Positions 10,304 through 20,938 of a stretch of 50,116 nucleotides of DNA are shown here, piece after piece. The stretch spans positions 1 through 50,116 of the forward strand of contig DJEH01000037.1 in the NCBI GenBank assembly GCA_002431845.1, given 5' to 3'. How positions within the stretch are numbered: position 1 is the stretch's first letter; every line of letters begins with the position of its first letter. Position numbers and translations under genes: made by a program. The notes beneath the pieces were generated by a model. That model ran no database searches and had not been told where the DNA came from. It saw only the letters and a list, made by a program, of their open reading frames with translations. The stretch is from Prevotellaceae bacterium UBA5903. Its GTDB lineage: Bacteria; Bacteroidota; Bacteroidia; Bacteroidales; Bacteroidaceae.

Positions 10304-11326
10304 ATGAACAACGTATTCGTATATTGCGAAATAGATAAAACTACTGTTGAGGAAGTATCGTTCGAACTCCTCACCAAAGGCCGCAAATTGGCCAACAAAC
10401 TAGGGGTTTCTCTTGAAGCTATTGTTGCTGGTACAGGTATTAAAGGCAAGGTTGAAAAAGAAATTTTGTCGTATGGTGTAGACAAACTTCATGTTTTTGA
10501 TGCCGAGGGATTATTTCCTTACACTTCAAAGCCACACACCAGTATTTTAGTTAATCTCTTTAAACAAGAGAAACCACAAATATGCTTAATGGGTGCCACA
10601 GTAATAGGTCGCGACCTTGGCCCACGCGTGTCATCATCGCTCACAAGCGGTCTTACCGCCGACTGTACAGCGCTTGAAATTGGCGATTTTGACGATAAGA
10701 AGAATAAAAAGCACTACGACAATTTGCTCTACCAAATTCGCCCAGCATTTGGTGGAAATATTGTTGCAACTATTGTTAATCCCGACCATCGCCCACAAAT
10801 GGCAACCGTTCGTTCTGGTGTCATGAAGGCCGAAAAGGTAAGCGACAACTATAATGGCGAGGTTGTTTATGAGGATGTTGCAAAATTTGTTCCCTCAACC
10901 GACTACGTAGTGAAAGTGCTCGAACGCCACGTTGAAAAGGCTGCTAACAACCTTAAAAGTGCTCCTATCATTGTAGCTGGAGGCTATGGTGTTGGCTCTA
11001 AAGAGGGCTTTGACCTTTTGCGTAAACTTGCTCACGAACTTCATGGCGAAGTGGGTGCAAGCCGTGCTGCTGTTGATGCAGGCTTCTGCGAGCACGATTT
11101 ACAGATAGGCCAAACAGGGGTAACCGTGCGTCCAAAGGTATACATTGCTTGTGGCATTAGCGGAGCTATACAGCATGTGGCTGGCATGAAAGAGAGTGGT
11201 ATAGTTATCTCTATCAACACAGACCCTAACGCACCTATCAACCAAATAGCAGACTACATCATTACAGGTTCAGTCGAAGAGGTTGTTCCTAAACTCATTA
11301 AGTACTACAAGAGTAATAGTAAGTAA
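10304..11326 (+). CDS. etfA: Electron transfer flavoprotein alpha subunit
   Basis: GLTADCT, RPAFGGN, RPQMATVR, GASRAAVD, QIGQTGVTVRP, GISGAIQH. Confidence 0.95.
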   Translation: MNNVFVYCEIDKTTVEEVSFELLTKGRKLANKLGVSLEAIVAGTGIKGKVEKEILSYGVDKLHVFDAEGLFPYTSKPHTSILVNLFKQEKPQICLMGATVIGRDLGPRVSSSLTSGLTADCTALEIGDFDDKKNKKHYDNLLYQIRPAFGGNIVATIVNPDHRPQMATVRSGVMKAEKVSDNYNGEVVYEDVAKFVPSTDYVVKVLERHVEKAANNLKSAPIIVAGGYGVGSKEGFDLLRKLAHELHGEVGASRAAVDAGFCEHDLQIGQTGVTVRPKVYIACGISGAIQHVAGMKESGIVISINTDPNAPINQIADYIITGSVEEVVPKLIKYYKSNSK

Positions 11327-11329
11327 ACA

Positions 11330-13039
11330 ATGGCAAACAATTATACTGATCATCCAGAATTACGCTTCGAGCTGAACCATCCCCTCATGAAGCATATCGT
11401 GGAACTTAAAGAACGCAATTTCCGCGACAAAGACGAATTTGACTACGCACCTATCGACTTTGATGATGCAATGGACAACTACGACCGTGTGCTCGACATT
11501 GCAGGCGAACTTGCTGGCACTACTATTGCCGACAACGCCGAAGGTGTTGATATTGAAGGCCCCCACCACGAAGGCGACCGCGTGCACTATGCGAGCGGAA
11601 CGGCAGCCAACCTCGACGCTATGGTAAAGGCTGGTCTTAATGGTATGACTATGCCACGTCGCTTTGGTGGACTTAACTTCCCCATCACTCCCTACACCAT
11701 GTGTGCCGAACTTGTTGCAGCAAGCGATGCTGGATTTGGCAACATTTGGAGTCTTCAAGATTGTATTGAAACGCTCTATGAGTTTGGTAATGAAGACCAA
11801 CACAGCCGCTTTATTCCTCGCATCTGCGCAGGCGAAACCATGTCGATGGACCTCACGGAACCTGATGCAGGCTCAGACCTTCAGCACGTAATGCTCAAAG
11901 CTACCTATTCTGAAGAAGAAGGATGCTGGTTGCTCAATGGTGTAAAGCGCTTTATTACTAATGGTGATGCCGACCTGCATCTTGTGCTTGCACGCTCTGA
12001 AGAGGGCACTACCGATGGACGTGGTTTGTCTATGTTTATCTATGACAAACGCCAAGGTGGGGTAAACGTGCGCCGCATTGAAAACAAATTGGGCATTCAT
12101 GGTAGCCCCACTTGCGAACTTGTTTACAAAAACGCTCATGCCGAACTTTGTGGCGACCGCAAACTTGGTCTTATCAAATATGTGATGGCACTAATGAATG
12201 GTGCACGTCTTGGCATTGCAGCCCAAAGCGTTGGTATCTCGCAAGCAGCCTACAACGAAGGTATTGCCTATGCACGCGATCGTGAACAGTTTGGCAAAGC
12301 CATCATCAACTTCCCTGCAGTGTATGATATGTTGGCTTTGATGAAAGCCAAACTCGATGCAGGACGTGCTTTGCTCTACCAATGCTCGCGCTACGTAGAT
12401 ATTTACAAAGCTCTTGACGACATTGCTCGCGAACGTAAACTTACTCCAGAGGAACGCAAGGAACAAAAAACTTATGCAAAGCTTGCCGACTCGCTCACCC
12501 CATTGGCTAAGGGTATGAACTCTGAGTATTGCAATCAAAACACCTATGATGCACTACAAATTCATGGTGGCTCGGGCTTTATGATGGAATACCCCATACA
12601 ACGTTATTATCGCGATGCTCGCATTACAAGCATTTATGAAGGCACAACACAACTGCAGGTAGTAGCAGCCATTCGCTACGTAACCAATGGCTCTTACTTG
12701 GCACAAATGCGTGAGTTTGAACAGGCTGAAGTAAGCGAAGCTATGCGCCCGTTGCAGGCACGCGCCAAGGCTATGGCTGATAAATTTGAAGAAGCTGTAG
12801 CGCGTATTAAAGAGGCTGGCGACCAGGCTTATCACGACCTTTGCGCACGCCACCTCATGGAGATGGCAGCCGATGTAATAATGCTTCACCTATTGCTTCA
12901 CAATGCCACTGCCAATGCCGAACTCTTTAGCAAGAGCGCACATGTTTATGCCAACTTTGCTGAAGCTGAAGTGGCTAAGCACTACACTTTTGTAATGAAC
13001 CTCAACGTTGAAGACATTGCAAACTATACAGCCGAATAA
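11330..13039 (+). CDS. Acyl-CoA dehydrogenase (long Bacteroidetes type)
   Basis: MDLTEPDAGSD, NGVKRFITNG, KLGIHGSPT, REQFGK, QIHGGSG, IYEGTTQLQ. Confidence 0.93.
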   Translation: MANNYTDHPELRFELNHPLMKHIVELKERNFRDKDEFDYAPIDFDDAMDNYDRVLDIAGELAGTTIADNAEGVDIEGPHHEGDRVHYASGTAANLDAMVKAGLNGMTMPRRFGGLNFPITPYTMCAELVAASDAGFGNIWSLQDCIETLYEFGNEDQHSRFIPRICAGETMSMDLTEPDAGSDLQHVMLKATYSEEEGCWLLNGVKRFITNGDADLHLVLARSEEGTTDGRGLSMFIYDKRQGGVNVRRIENKLGIHGSPTCELVYKNAHAELCGDRKLGLIKYVMALMNGARLGIAAQSVGISQAAYNEGIAYARDREQFGKAIINFPAVYDMLALMKAKLDAGRALLYQCSRYVDIYKALDDIARERKLTPEERKEQKTYAKLADSLTPLAKGMNSEYCNQNTYDALQIHGGSGFMMEYPIQRYYRDARITSIYEGTTQLQVVAAIRYVTNGSYLAQMREFEQAEVSEAMRPLQARAKAMADKFEEAVARIKEAGDQAYHDLCARHLMEMAADVIMLHLLLHNATANAELFSKSAHVYANFAEAEVAKHYTFVMNLNVEDIANYTAE

Positions 13040-13076
13040 GACTATATTTTAGTCAAAAAAAATATAAATTATTTAT

Positions 13077-13135
13077 GAGGAACAAGAGATAAACACTATG
13101 TTTAAGGACAAGTTCATTTCTTGTTCCTCTTTTTT
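13077..13135 (+). terminator. Intrinsic terminator after the acyl-CoA dehydrogenase gene
   Basis: GAGGAACAAGA...TCTTGTTCCTC followed by a T-run. Confidence 0.65.
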
Positions 13136-13167
13136 ATTCTAACAATTGATCCATACCATAAATTTTT

Positions 13168-14034
13168 ATGCAAGCATTCATCAATAATCTTTATGAAAAA
13201 CGCTCTTTCAGCGATAAATTTAATTTTTGCATTGATTGGATAAAAGCATACGCTACACCATTTTTTAAGCAATCATTGCTTTTTATCTTGCCTTTTTGCA
13301 TCATACAAGGCTACCTATTACAAGCGATTATGAAGTATACAAACTCATCATACGTTGGTAGCAGTGTGGCAACAGGAGATATGATAAAAATAGGTCTGTG
13401 TTATGCAGTTTCAATTGTAAGTGCATTCATTGCTTATTCGTTTTTCTATGCACTGATTAAAGAAACGGTTATCAATAAGAACAATCTACAAAAAGCGACC
13501 TTTAGCAGCGTATGGAAGGCTATGAAATCCAATATGTTCAGACTTTTTCTATCATCTGTTGTAGGATTTCTTTTTATTGTTGTCTGCGGTATCATATTAT
13601 TTTTGTTGGCACTTCTGAACAAATTAACACTGATTGTCACCCTTCCGGCTTTTGCAGCAATATGTATAGCACTATTGGCTTTTCAACCTCGATTTATACT
13701 CACAGACGATCCTATACTTGAGGCATTTACGCACGCTCTTAACTTAGGTTTTAAGTGCTGGTGGGGCTTTTTCTCAACAGTCTTTGTGATGGGTGTGCTC
13801 GTCACCATTGTACAATGCTTTGCTTATATACCTATGTACTTAAGCTCTATTACACAGATGCTTACTCAATCGTTTTTAGGGGAAATAATGGGCTATGTAT
13901 CAGGCGCTCTTCTAATTTATGTATCAATGATTACAAGCCTTTTCATGGTGCTCATAATTTGCGTACAGTATGGGCATGCCACAAAAAAAATAGATAAAGA
14001 AGAGCCATTAAACATAGAAGACAAAGTAGCATAA
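13168..14034 (+). CDS. Polytopic membrane protein of unknown function
   Basis: About six hydrophobic segments; no catalytic motif recognised. Confidence 0.7.
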   Translation: MQAFINNLYEKRSFSDKFNFCIDWIKAYATPFFKQSLLFILPFCIIQGYLLQAIMKYTNSSYVGSSVATGDMIKIGLCYAVSIVSAFIAYSFFYALIKETVINKNNLQKATFSSVWKAMKSNMFRLFLSSVVGFLFIVVCGIILFLLALLNKLTLIVTLPAFAAICIALLAFQPRFILTDDPILEAFTHALNLGFKCWWGFFSTVFVMGVLVTIVQCFAYIPMYLSSITQMLTQSFLGEIMGYVSGALLIYVSMITSLFMVLIICVQYGHATKKIDKEEPLNIEDKVA

Positions 14035-14119
14035 AAGCTACATATAACACAACGACAGAGGCTATAAAGACCGAGGACTAAAGTTAAACGATACACTTTT
14101 AAATCACCTTTCAGAAATT

Positions 14120-14157
14120 AAAAAGAGGGCATGCCACACAAAATTTGGCATGCCCTC
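14120..14157 (-). terminator. Intrinsic terminator for the vWA lipoprotein gene (possibly bidirectional)
   Basis: GAGGGCATGCCA...TGGCATGCCCTC inverted repeat preceded by an A-run. Confidence 0.7.
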
Positions 14158-14206
14158 ATCCAATTATAGTTTTATCATCTTATCGTCTTTAACATTTAAT
14201 TTCACA

Positions 14207-16009
14207 TCAGTTTGGACGGAAGAAGTAGTTTTTCTTACTACCCTTTAACTGCTTTTTAGCACTCTTACTTGTAAGTTCACCAATGATAGACTTCAAAATG
14301 TAGTCGAAGTTATTAAAACCATTTGTAAGGTCCTCTTCATGGATTACGTTTGTCCAGCTATCAAGTTTTCCCCAACTGCCGCCATTGCTATTACCACCAT
14401 CACCAGTAGGTGCGAACAATATCAAGCGGCGTCCCGAAGGCATTTTATTCCACTTGGCCGACAAATCATCAATTGTTGTCTGTGCATACTTACCTATAAG
14501 ATAGGGAGCATCAGTCCATAATATTATTACTTGGCGATGATAGCCATCATCTTGTCCCCAGTCAGTTTTACTAAATGCTTTATCAAGCACTTCAAGTCCG
14601 CTTTCGGGGGTGTCGCCCCCACCTGAAGCATAAAGAGAATTGACAAAGAGCTTAAAATCATCAGTTCGTGTAGGAAGGTCATAAGCAACACTCGTTTGCA
14701 ACCAAGGAGAGTCTACATTCAAGTCGCGGAATGCCATCACCTGCGTATTTAGCCCTGTAAGAATAATGCCTTCGTCATCGCATGCTTGCTTAAACGAATC
14801 GTAGAAGCCAATAGCATTTCGTTTCACCGTATTGATAATGCTCGACATACTGCCTGTTACGTCAATACACATCACCACGTCTACTGCCAAAAGGTTATCG
14901 CCCGTTGTAAACGATTTGATAGTATTATCGTAGAACACCTGTGCATTCTCGTCGCCATGCTTAGGCACAATACCACCATGATCAGCACTATTAAATTTGT
15001 AGTATGCTCTGTAGTAATAAGTGGTGTTAGGTTTGAAACCACGAAAGTCCACTACAAAACTCAAATCACTCTCACTTTGGTAGCCTTTACCCACATATTC
15101 AGCAGCGCCTACCGTTAGGTTTGCCATTGTTGTGTCGCAAATAATGCCATAAGTACCAACTGCATTATAGTCGTCCACAGGACACCATATTGTACCGCTC
15201 AATGTACAAGACGAACCTCCGACCTTGAAAGTAGCCTTACCCGTCCATAGCGAGATTGTATTAACTACTTGTTTTTCTACATTATTATCAAACCACTTGC
15301 TGGCGTTTTCGGTAAAAGCATAATTACCATCAAGCGCCTTGTTTATTTTTGCTACAAGTTCGTCATTGTTTGTATAGTTTTGACCAAATACTTCCTCAAA
15401 AATATTTGCGTACGACTTTAACAATGCCATGATGTTAGATGCTGCCGACGATGTGCTCATAATGCTTTTTTTGTTAGACATCTCAGTTGCTTTAGCATTG
15501 ATAAGATATGCCGTATTAGCTAACATAGCTTTAAACTTATCCGACGACGAAGCTTCAGTATTAGCTGTTAGATTTTTCTTTGAATAGGCTATGCTATCAA
15601 GCATGGTCAATTCCTTGCCATCGTCAAACAATAGCTCTAAGATAGAGTCATTAGGGAAACTAAAGTAGGCTATGCCCTTTGATGTTATCATTTGGCTCGG
15701 TATAGCCTCATCTTTCGTAGCAAGCAAACTCACCATATCATCGCCTGCAGCAGACGTATAGGTAAGAGTGCTATATTTACCCTCTGAACTCGTATTGTCT
15801 GTATTGGCAAATGCATCTTGTCCAAAACAGAAGTAACCTTTCTGCGTTAGATAGGCAGCATCCCAACTGCCTATATCATCTTTAAGTGTGATGATGCCAT
15901 CAGCATCCTTTAGTATTTGTGCTTGTGTGGGTCCACTCTCGTCATCGCTACATGCCACCACCATCATTGCGGTAATAAGTAGCATAAAAATGTTTAGATA
16001 CTTTTTCAT
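14207..16009 (-). CDS. Surface lipoprotein with FN3-like segment and C-terminal von Willebrand factor A domain
   Basis: Lipobox VVAC followed by acidic SDDES export signal; FKPNTTYYYRAY FN3-like motif; MIDAS-like DVTGSMS, GGGDTPES, ILWTDAP. Start is 16009 or 16018. Confidence 0.8.
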   Translation of the reverse strand: MKKYLNIFMLLITAMMVVACSDDESGPTQAQILKDADGIITLKDDIGSWDAAYLTQKGYFCFGQDAFANTDNTSSEGKYSTLTYTSAAGDDMVSLLATKDEAIPSQMITSKGIAYFSFPNDSILELLFDDGKELTMLDSIAYSKKNLTANTEASSSDKFKAMLANTAYLINAKATEMSNKKSIMSTSSAASNIMALLKSYANIFEEVFGQNYTNNDELVAKINKALDGNYAFTENASKWFDNNVEKQVVNTISLWTGKATFKVGGSSCTLSGTIWCPVDDYNAVGTYGIICDTTMANLTVGAAEYVGKGYQSESDLSFVVDFRGFKPNTTYYYRAYYKFNSADHGGIVPKHGDENAQVFYDNTIKSFTTGDNLLAVDVVMCIDVTGSMSSIINTVKRNAIGFYDSFKQACDDEGIILTGLNTQVMAFRDLNVDSPWLQTSVAYDLPTRTDDFKLFVNSLYASGGGDTPESGLEVLDKAFSKTDWGQDDGYHRQVIILWTDAPYLIGKYAQTTIDDLSAKWNKMPSGRRLILFAPTGDGGNSNGGSWGKLDSWTNVIHEEDLTNGFNNFDYILKSIIGELTSKSAKKQLKGSKKNYFFRPN

Positions 16010-16314
16010 GATATTCAATGTATTTGAGTCATGAAGCTACAAAAAAGTAGCCCATAACAAGGTTAAATAAAACTTGGCTATTCATCATGCGAACTCACCT
16101 TTCAACTGCTATTTTTCATGTTGTAAACAGAGAAGTAGATGTGTTCTTGATTTATTGACAAAGGTACAGGCTTTTTGTACACAAAAAAACATCATAAATA
16201 ATGATTTTAGCATCAAATACACTAACAAACATATAAAATGCAAAAGCTCAATCATAGATTGCTCGTTTTTATCTCTACACATCAGTATTTTTCTATTTTA
16301 AATTTCAGATTTGG

Positions 16315-16505
16315 CGTAATTAGCTGAAAGCCATAAAGCTCATAGCCAAGGGCATCAATCTAAGTATAGCAGTTTTGGAGTGAAACGCCTTGAAATAGCA
16401 AATGCATAGATGGACTATAGAGTAGCCTTTTGCCCTTTCAGGCTACGACGACGCTTTATCCCTCTATGAAGTTACCCCGGACGATGCGCTTTCCTATAAT
16501 GACTT
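16315..16505. repeat. Degenerate REP-like cluster (CCTGAAAGGGCAAAAGC type)
   Basis: GCTGAAAGCCATAAAGCTCATAGCCAAGGGCA, CGCCTTGAAATAGCAAATGC and inverted GCCTTTTGCCCTTTCAGGC resemble, from memory, Prevotella extragenic palindromes. Confidence 0.45.
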
Positions 16506-16601
16506 TTTAGGAAAAAACACAAGAAATGCTACTGTTATATAGTACGTCTAAGAAACAAAAGAGCCATCCCTCTTTACGTTTCACAAAAAATACAATAAAA
16601 G

Positions 16602-16632
16602 TTTGCAGTTATACTTTTTCTTTTTATATTTG
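16602..16632 (+). promoter_or_regulatory. Consensus Bacteroidetes sigma-A promoter of the RiPP operon
   Basis: TTTG (16602-16605), 19-bp spacer, TATATTTG (16625-16632), 100 bp upstream of the rSAM ATG. Confidence 0.75.
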
Positions 16633-16732
16633 CACTATACAAAAAGACAAACATTAACAACCTTTTTCATTTACCTTAAAGCCTTACAAGTAAATTAGAT
16701 ATTACTCAAAGGCAACTTTATTCACATAGCCT

Positions 16733-18082
16733 ATGAAAATACTATCAAAGTACGCAATTCCATTGAAACTAAAAAATAATCTATATATATTGTTTAATAC
16801 TCGTAATCAAGCTATTGTTAAATTACAAGCGAATGAGTTTGAATCTATCAAACAGATAAAAAATGCTGCAAATCTACATGAAGCAACAAAGAATATTCTC
16901 CATCCAGATTTAGTCAGTATATTAGAAAAACAAAAGTTTATAGTTGCTGAAAATGAGGATAAAGATTACGTAGCAAGCGAAATATTGCGTAATAAAATAG
17001 CCTCCTTTTCATCCAATACTCTTTCAATGACAATAGCTCCTACAAGCGATTGCAATTTTGCGTGTCCTTATTGCTATGAAAAGCATAAAAGACAATGTTT
17101 TATGAGCGATGATGTAATAGACCATTTGGTGCAATATGTAAAGAATTACCAACCATGTACAAAGTTTAAAATAACATGGTATGGAGGTGAACCCTTATTG
17201 GCTTTTGATGAAATAAAGAAACTCTCTGAAAAGTTAGTAGCTATACAAGATAAAGAATGGATAGGACATAGCATTGTAACAAATGCTTCGCTAATTACCG
17301 ATGATGTAATACAATATTTTAAGCAATATAAATTGCGCTCTATACAAATATCTTTGGACGGAATTAAAGAACATCATGACATCACTCGTCGATATAAACA
17401 CAATAAATGTGGTAGCTTTGATGTAATTATCAACAATATTGAAAAGTTATTGCTAAACTTGAACGATACAGATGTTGTTGTGCGTGTTAATATAGATAAA
17501 AATACCATAGATGACTATGGCAAAATAGCCAAGTTTTTTGCAGAAAGGTTTAGTGGACATCTAAATCATCTGAGAATTTACCCTGGATATATCCGTGTAG
17601 AAGACGAAGAAAGAGGATGTTGGAATTGCAATTCAATCTTAAATCAAGATAAATATCTTTTCTTTGATAAAATGGCAGATGCATACGGAGTGCCTGTCAA
17701 TTGGATGCCACAGAGGGCTACTAAAGGATGTGGTGCCACTTCTTTACATAGCTACATTATTGGTCCAGAGGGAGATATGTATAAATGCTGGAACGATTTT
17801 GGCGACAAGAAACGGTGCATAGGCAATATTGCAGATGACCAACTTAAAGGCAATACTCGCCTAATGATGCGCTATTTGGCTATGGGGATTGGACTTGATA
17901 CGGCAGAATGTTGCGAATGCAATCTACTGCCTGTTTGTAGTACGGGGTGCCCATGGGAAAGGATATCTAATGTTTATGATAATAAACATTTTGACTTGTG
18001 CACAATGGCGAAAAGTGAAGAAATATTAAGCCAATGTATGGACAAGTTCTTGGAAGAAAAGGAACTCCAAAGTATTAGTTAG
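16733..18082 (+). CDS. Radical SAM/SPASM peptide maturase with probable N-terminal RRE
   Basis: CNFACPYC (CxxxCxxC), WYGGEPLL, SLDG; SPASM Cys GCGA...GDMYKC, CCECNLLPVCSTGC and DLC; ~95-aa N-terminal extension. Confidence 0.93.
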   Translation: MKILSKYAIPLKLKNNLYILFNTRNQAIVKLQANEFESIKQIKNAANLHEATKNILHPDLVSILEKQKFIVAENEDKDYVASEILRNKIASFSSNTLSMTIAPTSDCNFACPYCYEKHKRQCFMSDDVIDHLVQYVKNYQPCTKFKITWYGGEPLLAFDEIKKLSEKLVAIQDKEWIGHSIVTNASLITDDVIQYFKQYKLRSIQISLDGIKEHHDITRRYKHNKCGSFDVIINNIEKLLLNLNDTDVVVRVNIDKNTIDDYGKIAKFFAERFSGHLNHLRIYPGYIRVEDEERGCWNCNSILNQDKYLFFDKMADAYGVPVNWMPQRATKGCGATSLHSYIIGPEGDMYKCWNDFGDKKRCIGNIADDQLKGNTRLMMRYLAMGIGLDTAECCECNLLPVCSTGCPWERISNVYDNKHFDLCTMAKSEEILSQCMDKFLEEKELQSIS

Positions 18083-18230
18083 CTAAAACTACCATTTGGC
18101 TAAATAAAAATATATTCCTCTTTGAACATAGAGAAATGACTTTAATAGGTTTTGCCTAACAAGGCAACTTGAATATATATATTTTTTTCTCTTTTATAAG
18201 AGATTTGTATTAACCTCAATTATACTAATT

Positions 18231-18470
18231 ATGAATAGAAGTATTCTTTTAAACGAAGCTTCGCATGTAGATGAATTTACATGGGAATCTTTGATTGGTG
18301 GAGCCAAAGGAGATGACTGCACAGGGCAATTTACTTGCGAATGCTATGGTCCAGGTGCATGTAAAGAGCATTCTGGTATGTTTCCCCCTATATGCACTGC
18401 ATATAAACAGGCGTCTTCATTGATAGGGAAACACACCTTGCCAATAAGCATTGCAGAATTGATTTATTAA
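18231..18470 (+). CDS. RiPP precursor peptide A1 (double-glycine leader, 5-Cys core)
   Basis: Leader MNRSILLNEASHVDEFTWESLIGG; core Cx5CxCx5Cx10C; homologous to A2 and A3. Confidence 0.9.
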   Translation: MNRSILLNEASHVDEFTWESLIGGAKGDDCTGQFTCECYGPGACKEHSGMFPPICTAYKQASSLIGKHTLPISIAELIY

Positions 18471-18480
18471 CATTTATCAC

Positions 18481-18533
18481 CTATGCTTTTGAAATGCATT
18501 GCTTCATCATGCATTTTCAAAAGCATAGTTTTT
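18481..18533 (+). terminator. Hairpin between precursor A1 and barrel 1 (leaky terminator or mRNA stabiliser)
   Basis: CTATGCTTTTGAAATGCAT...ATGCATTTTCAAAAGCATAG followed by TTTTT. Confidence 0.7.
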
Positions 18534-18546
18534 AAATTCAAACCTA

Positions 18547-20892
18547 ATGAATACACTAAAACGCAAAATCTGTATTTTGGCATTGTTATTTGGATTTATA
18601 CAATTAGCATGGTCGCAAAACATAGATATAAGTGGCAATATTACGGATACTAATAGTAAGCCCATAATAGGTTCTGTTGTACAATTTCTAAGTGATACGA
18701 TAAAGATTGCACAGAGCACCACAAATAATAAAGGCAATTTTAAAATTCAGATAGCCTCAAAGCAAAACCAAGCACAAAAAAACACGCTTAAAATATCATG
18801 CATTGGCTATGATAGCCAATATGTAGAGCTGCCCAATAAGTTTGATGGTGATATTAAAATAGGCACAATTGTGCTACAATCAAAGGCGCATCAAATTAGT
18901 GAAGCTGTTGTCAATTCATCAAGAACTACTATTGAAAATGGCAAAATAATTAAAGTTCCAAGTAAGGCTGAAAGGGAGCATTCATCAGATGCTATAAGTC
19001 TTCTGGACCAAATGAAAATTGCAGATTTGAGAGTTGATAATTTCAAGGGAACAATACAAAACAGTATAAAGTCTGTTACAGTATATATAAATAATATGCC
19101 TGCAACAGTGAACGAGGCATCTGCCTTACATCCTGATGAAATTATAAGAGTAGAATACCTTATGCACCCTCGTGGCGAGTTTACAGGAGAAGAGTATATT
19201 GTGAATTTCATAACTCGTTTGCAAGACCGAGGAGGAATTTTGATGGGAAATGTTGTTCAAAGTGAAGAAGTTAGTGGAACCTATGGCTTGACGTATAAAA
19301 CTTATCACAAGAAATCTCAATTTGCGGTTTCATATAATGCATCCTATCGCGATGACGAAAAATCATATACAAAGGTTTCACAGTTTATGAACCCCTTGGA
19401 TAACTCTTCGTTCACTTATCAAGAGTTTGCAGAAGGTAACATTAACCGCTCGCATAAAAACTCTTTAGGATTGTTCCACTACTACAGGACAGATGGATTT
19501 AATTCGAATTTGGGAGTATATCTTAATTCATCTAAAAAGCCCTTAGTGCATCTTTCAAGTACTCGTACACAAAGTAATTCGCAACAAACAATATTACAGA
19601 AAGAGAGTAATTCAAACGAATCACTTTTACCATCATTTGATTGGAACGTTCGTAAGAGTTGGAAGAATGGTGATATTCTTAAGTTTACACTTAAAGGTAT
19701 TTATGGTAGAAATAAAAGTTATAGCTTAAGAGAAAATAGTATAGATACAGAATCAAATCCTTATTTCTCATGGGCGAATAACGCAAAAGAAGATTTTTAT
19801 GAAGTATTTAATAAGATAAATTATTCTAAAGGATTTAAGAATAAAGGTGAATTGAACTTTTATTTTTATAATTATAATATGTGGTTTAATGAAAATTATA
19901 CAGGAAACTACAAACTCAAAACCTTACAATATGATGGTCTTATAAATTCGAAAGTTGGCTATACATGGAATTACAAACAAAAGTTCTACGCTTCATTTGA
20001 AATGGGTATAAATTATATGGTAACAACTCAAACGAACGAAGATAAAACAGAACAAACATTTTTTAGCCCAGGCTTAATGTTATCTTATAATTTTAAGAAA
20101 GGCAATATCCAATTTTATTATGATAATGCAACAATAGGAGTTAGTCCATCTTATGTGAGCAATGTAGAACAACAGATGGATGATATACAAATAAAACGTG
20201 GCAATCCAGTGTTAAAGAATACACGAATGCATACACTTAGGTTGAGTGGCTATGTAAAAATTCCTAAAACATTGCTCAGCCTATACATCACTTATAACCC
20301 TCTGCCCAATATAACAAGATGGAAAACAACGTACGAGAATGGAAAGTATGTACACACTCCTATTAATGATGGTACACATCATCCATTGGCTGTTACGTTG
20401 GGAAGTTCTGTAGATATTTGCAAAAATCTTAATGCGAGAGTAAACCTTGGGTGGAATTATTACAAAGAGAATTGTGCCACTTTCCCTCAAACGATTTCAT
20501 CTTTTTATGTATATGCCGATTTACGTTATATGATTGGTCCATTTACACTTGGTGCTTACTGTTACAAACCATCTAAAAGTTATGAAATCTTTGACACATT
20601 TACTCCAACTACGCAAAATGCTTTTAATTCTAGCCTATTTGTTTACTATACGCGCCCTCGCTATTCACTTAGCATTTCGCTTACTAACTTAAACAAAAGA
20701 CGCCCATATAAAACATATTATAGTACAGGGGCATTATTCTCGCAATACCAAAAAAGTTATACAAGTTTAGAAACAAAAAGGACAGCATTTGTTGACGTAA
20801 AACTTACATTCAACTTGCGCCATGGCAATAAAAAGTTCAAATATGAAGATTTTGAGATAAACAACGACTCAAAATCAGCTATTATGGAGTAA
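18547..20892 (+). CDS. Outer-membrane beta-barrel / TonB-dependent-receptor-like protein 1
   Basis: Signal peptide AWS|Q; CarboxypepD_reg-like N-domain (ISGNITD...ISCIGY); EAVV; plug-like IIRVEY...IVNFIT; RGNPVLK; aromatic-rich strands; C-terminal KLTFNL..GNKK. Confidence 0.8.
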   Translation: MNTLKRKICILALLFGFIQLAWSQNIDISGNITDTNSKPIIGSVVQFLSDTIKIAQSTTNNKGNFKIQIASKQNQAQKNTLKISCIGYDSQYVELPNKFDGDIKIGTIVLQSKAHQISEAVVNSSRTTIENGKIIKVPSKAEREHSSDAISLLDQMKIADLRVDNFKGTIQNSIKSVTVYINNMPATVNEASALHPDEIIRVEYLMHPRGEFTGEEYIVNFITRLQDRGGILMGNVVQSEEVSGTYGLTYKTYHKKSQFAVSYNASYRDDEKSYTKVSQFMNPLDNSSFTYQEFAEGNINRSHKNSLGLFHYYRTDGFNSNLGVYLNSSKKPLVHLSSTRTQSNSQQTILQKESNSNESLLPSFDWNVRKSWKNGDILKFTLKGIYGRNKSYSLRENSIDTESNPYFSWANNAKEDFYEVFNKINYSKGFKNKGELNFYFYNYNMWFNENYTGNYKLKTLQYDGLINSKVGYTWNYKQKFYASFEMGINYMVTTQTNEDKTEQTFFSPGLMLSYNFKKGNIQFYYDNATIGVSPSYVSNVEQQMDDIQIKRGNPVLKNTRMHTLRLSGYVKIPKTLLSLYITYNPLPNITRWKTTYENGKYVHTPINDGTHHPLAVTLGSSVDICKNLNARVNLGWNYYKENCATFPQTISSFYVYADLRYMIGPFTLGAYCYKPSKSYEIFDTFTPTTQNAFNSSLFVYYTRPRYSLSISLTNLNKRRPYKTYYSTGALFSQYQKSYTSLETKRTAFVDVKLTFNLRHGNKKFKYEDFEINNDSKSAIME

Positions 20893-20938
20893 TATTACGA
20901 ACTAACAATTCTTATACTAAATTAATTATTAACTGATT

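Noticed and set aside
16074..16301. 75-aa Cys-containing ORF upstream of the rSAM gene as a fourth precursor
   Set aside because: It has a TTG start, lacks the ILLNEASHVDE/GG leader and the conserved tail, lies upstream of the operon promoter, and overlaps the divergent gene's promoter region.
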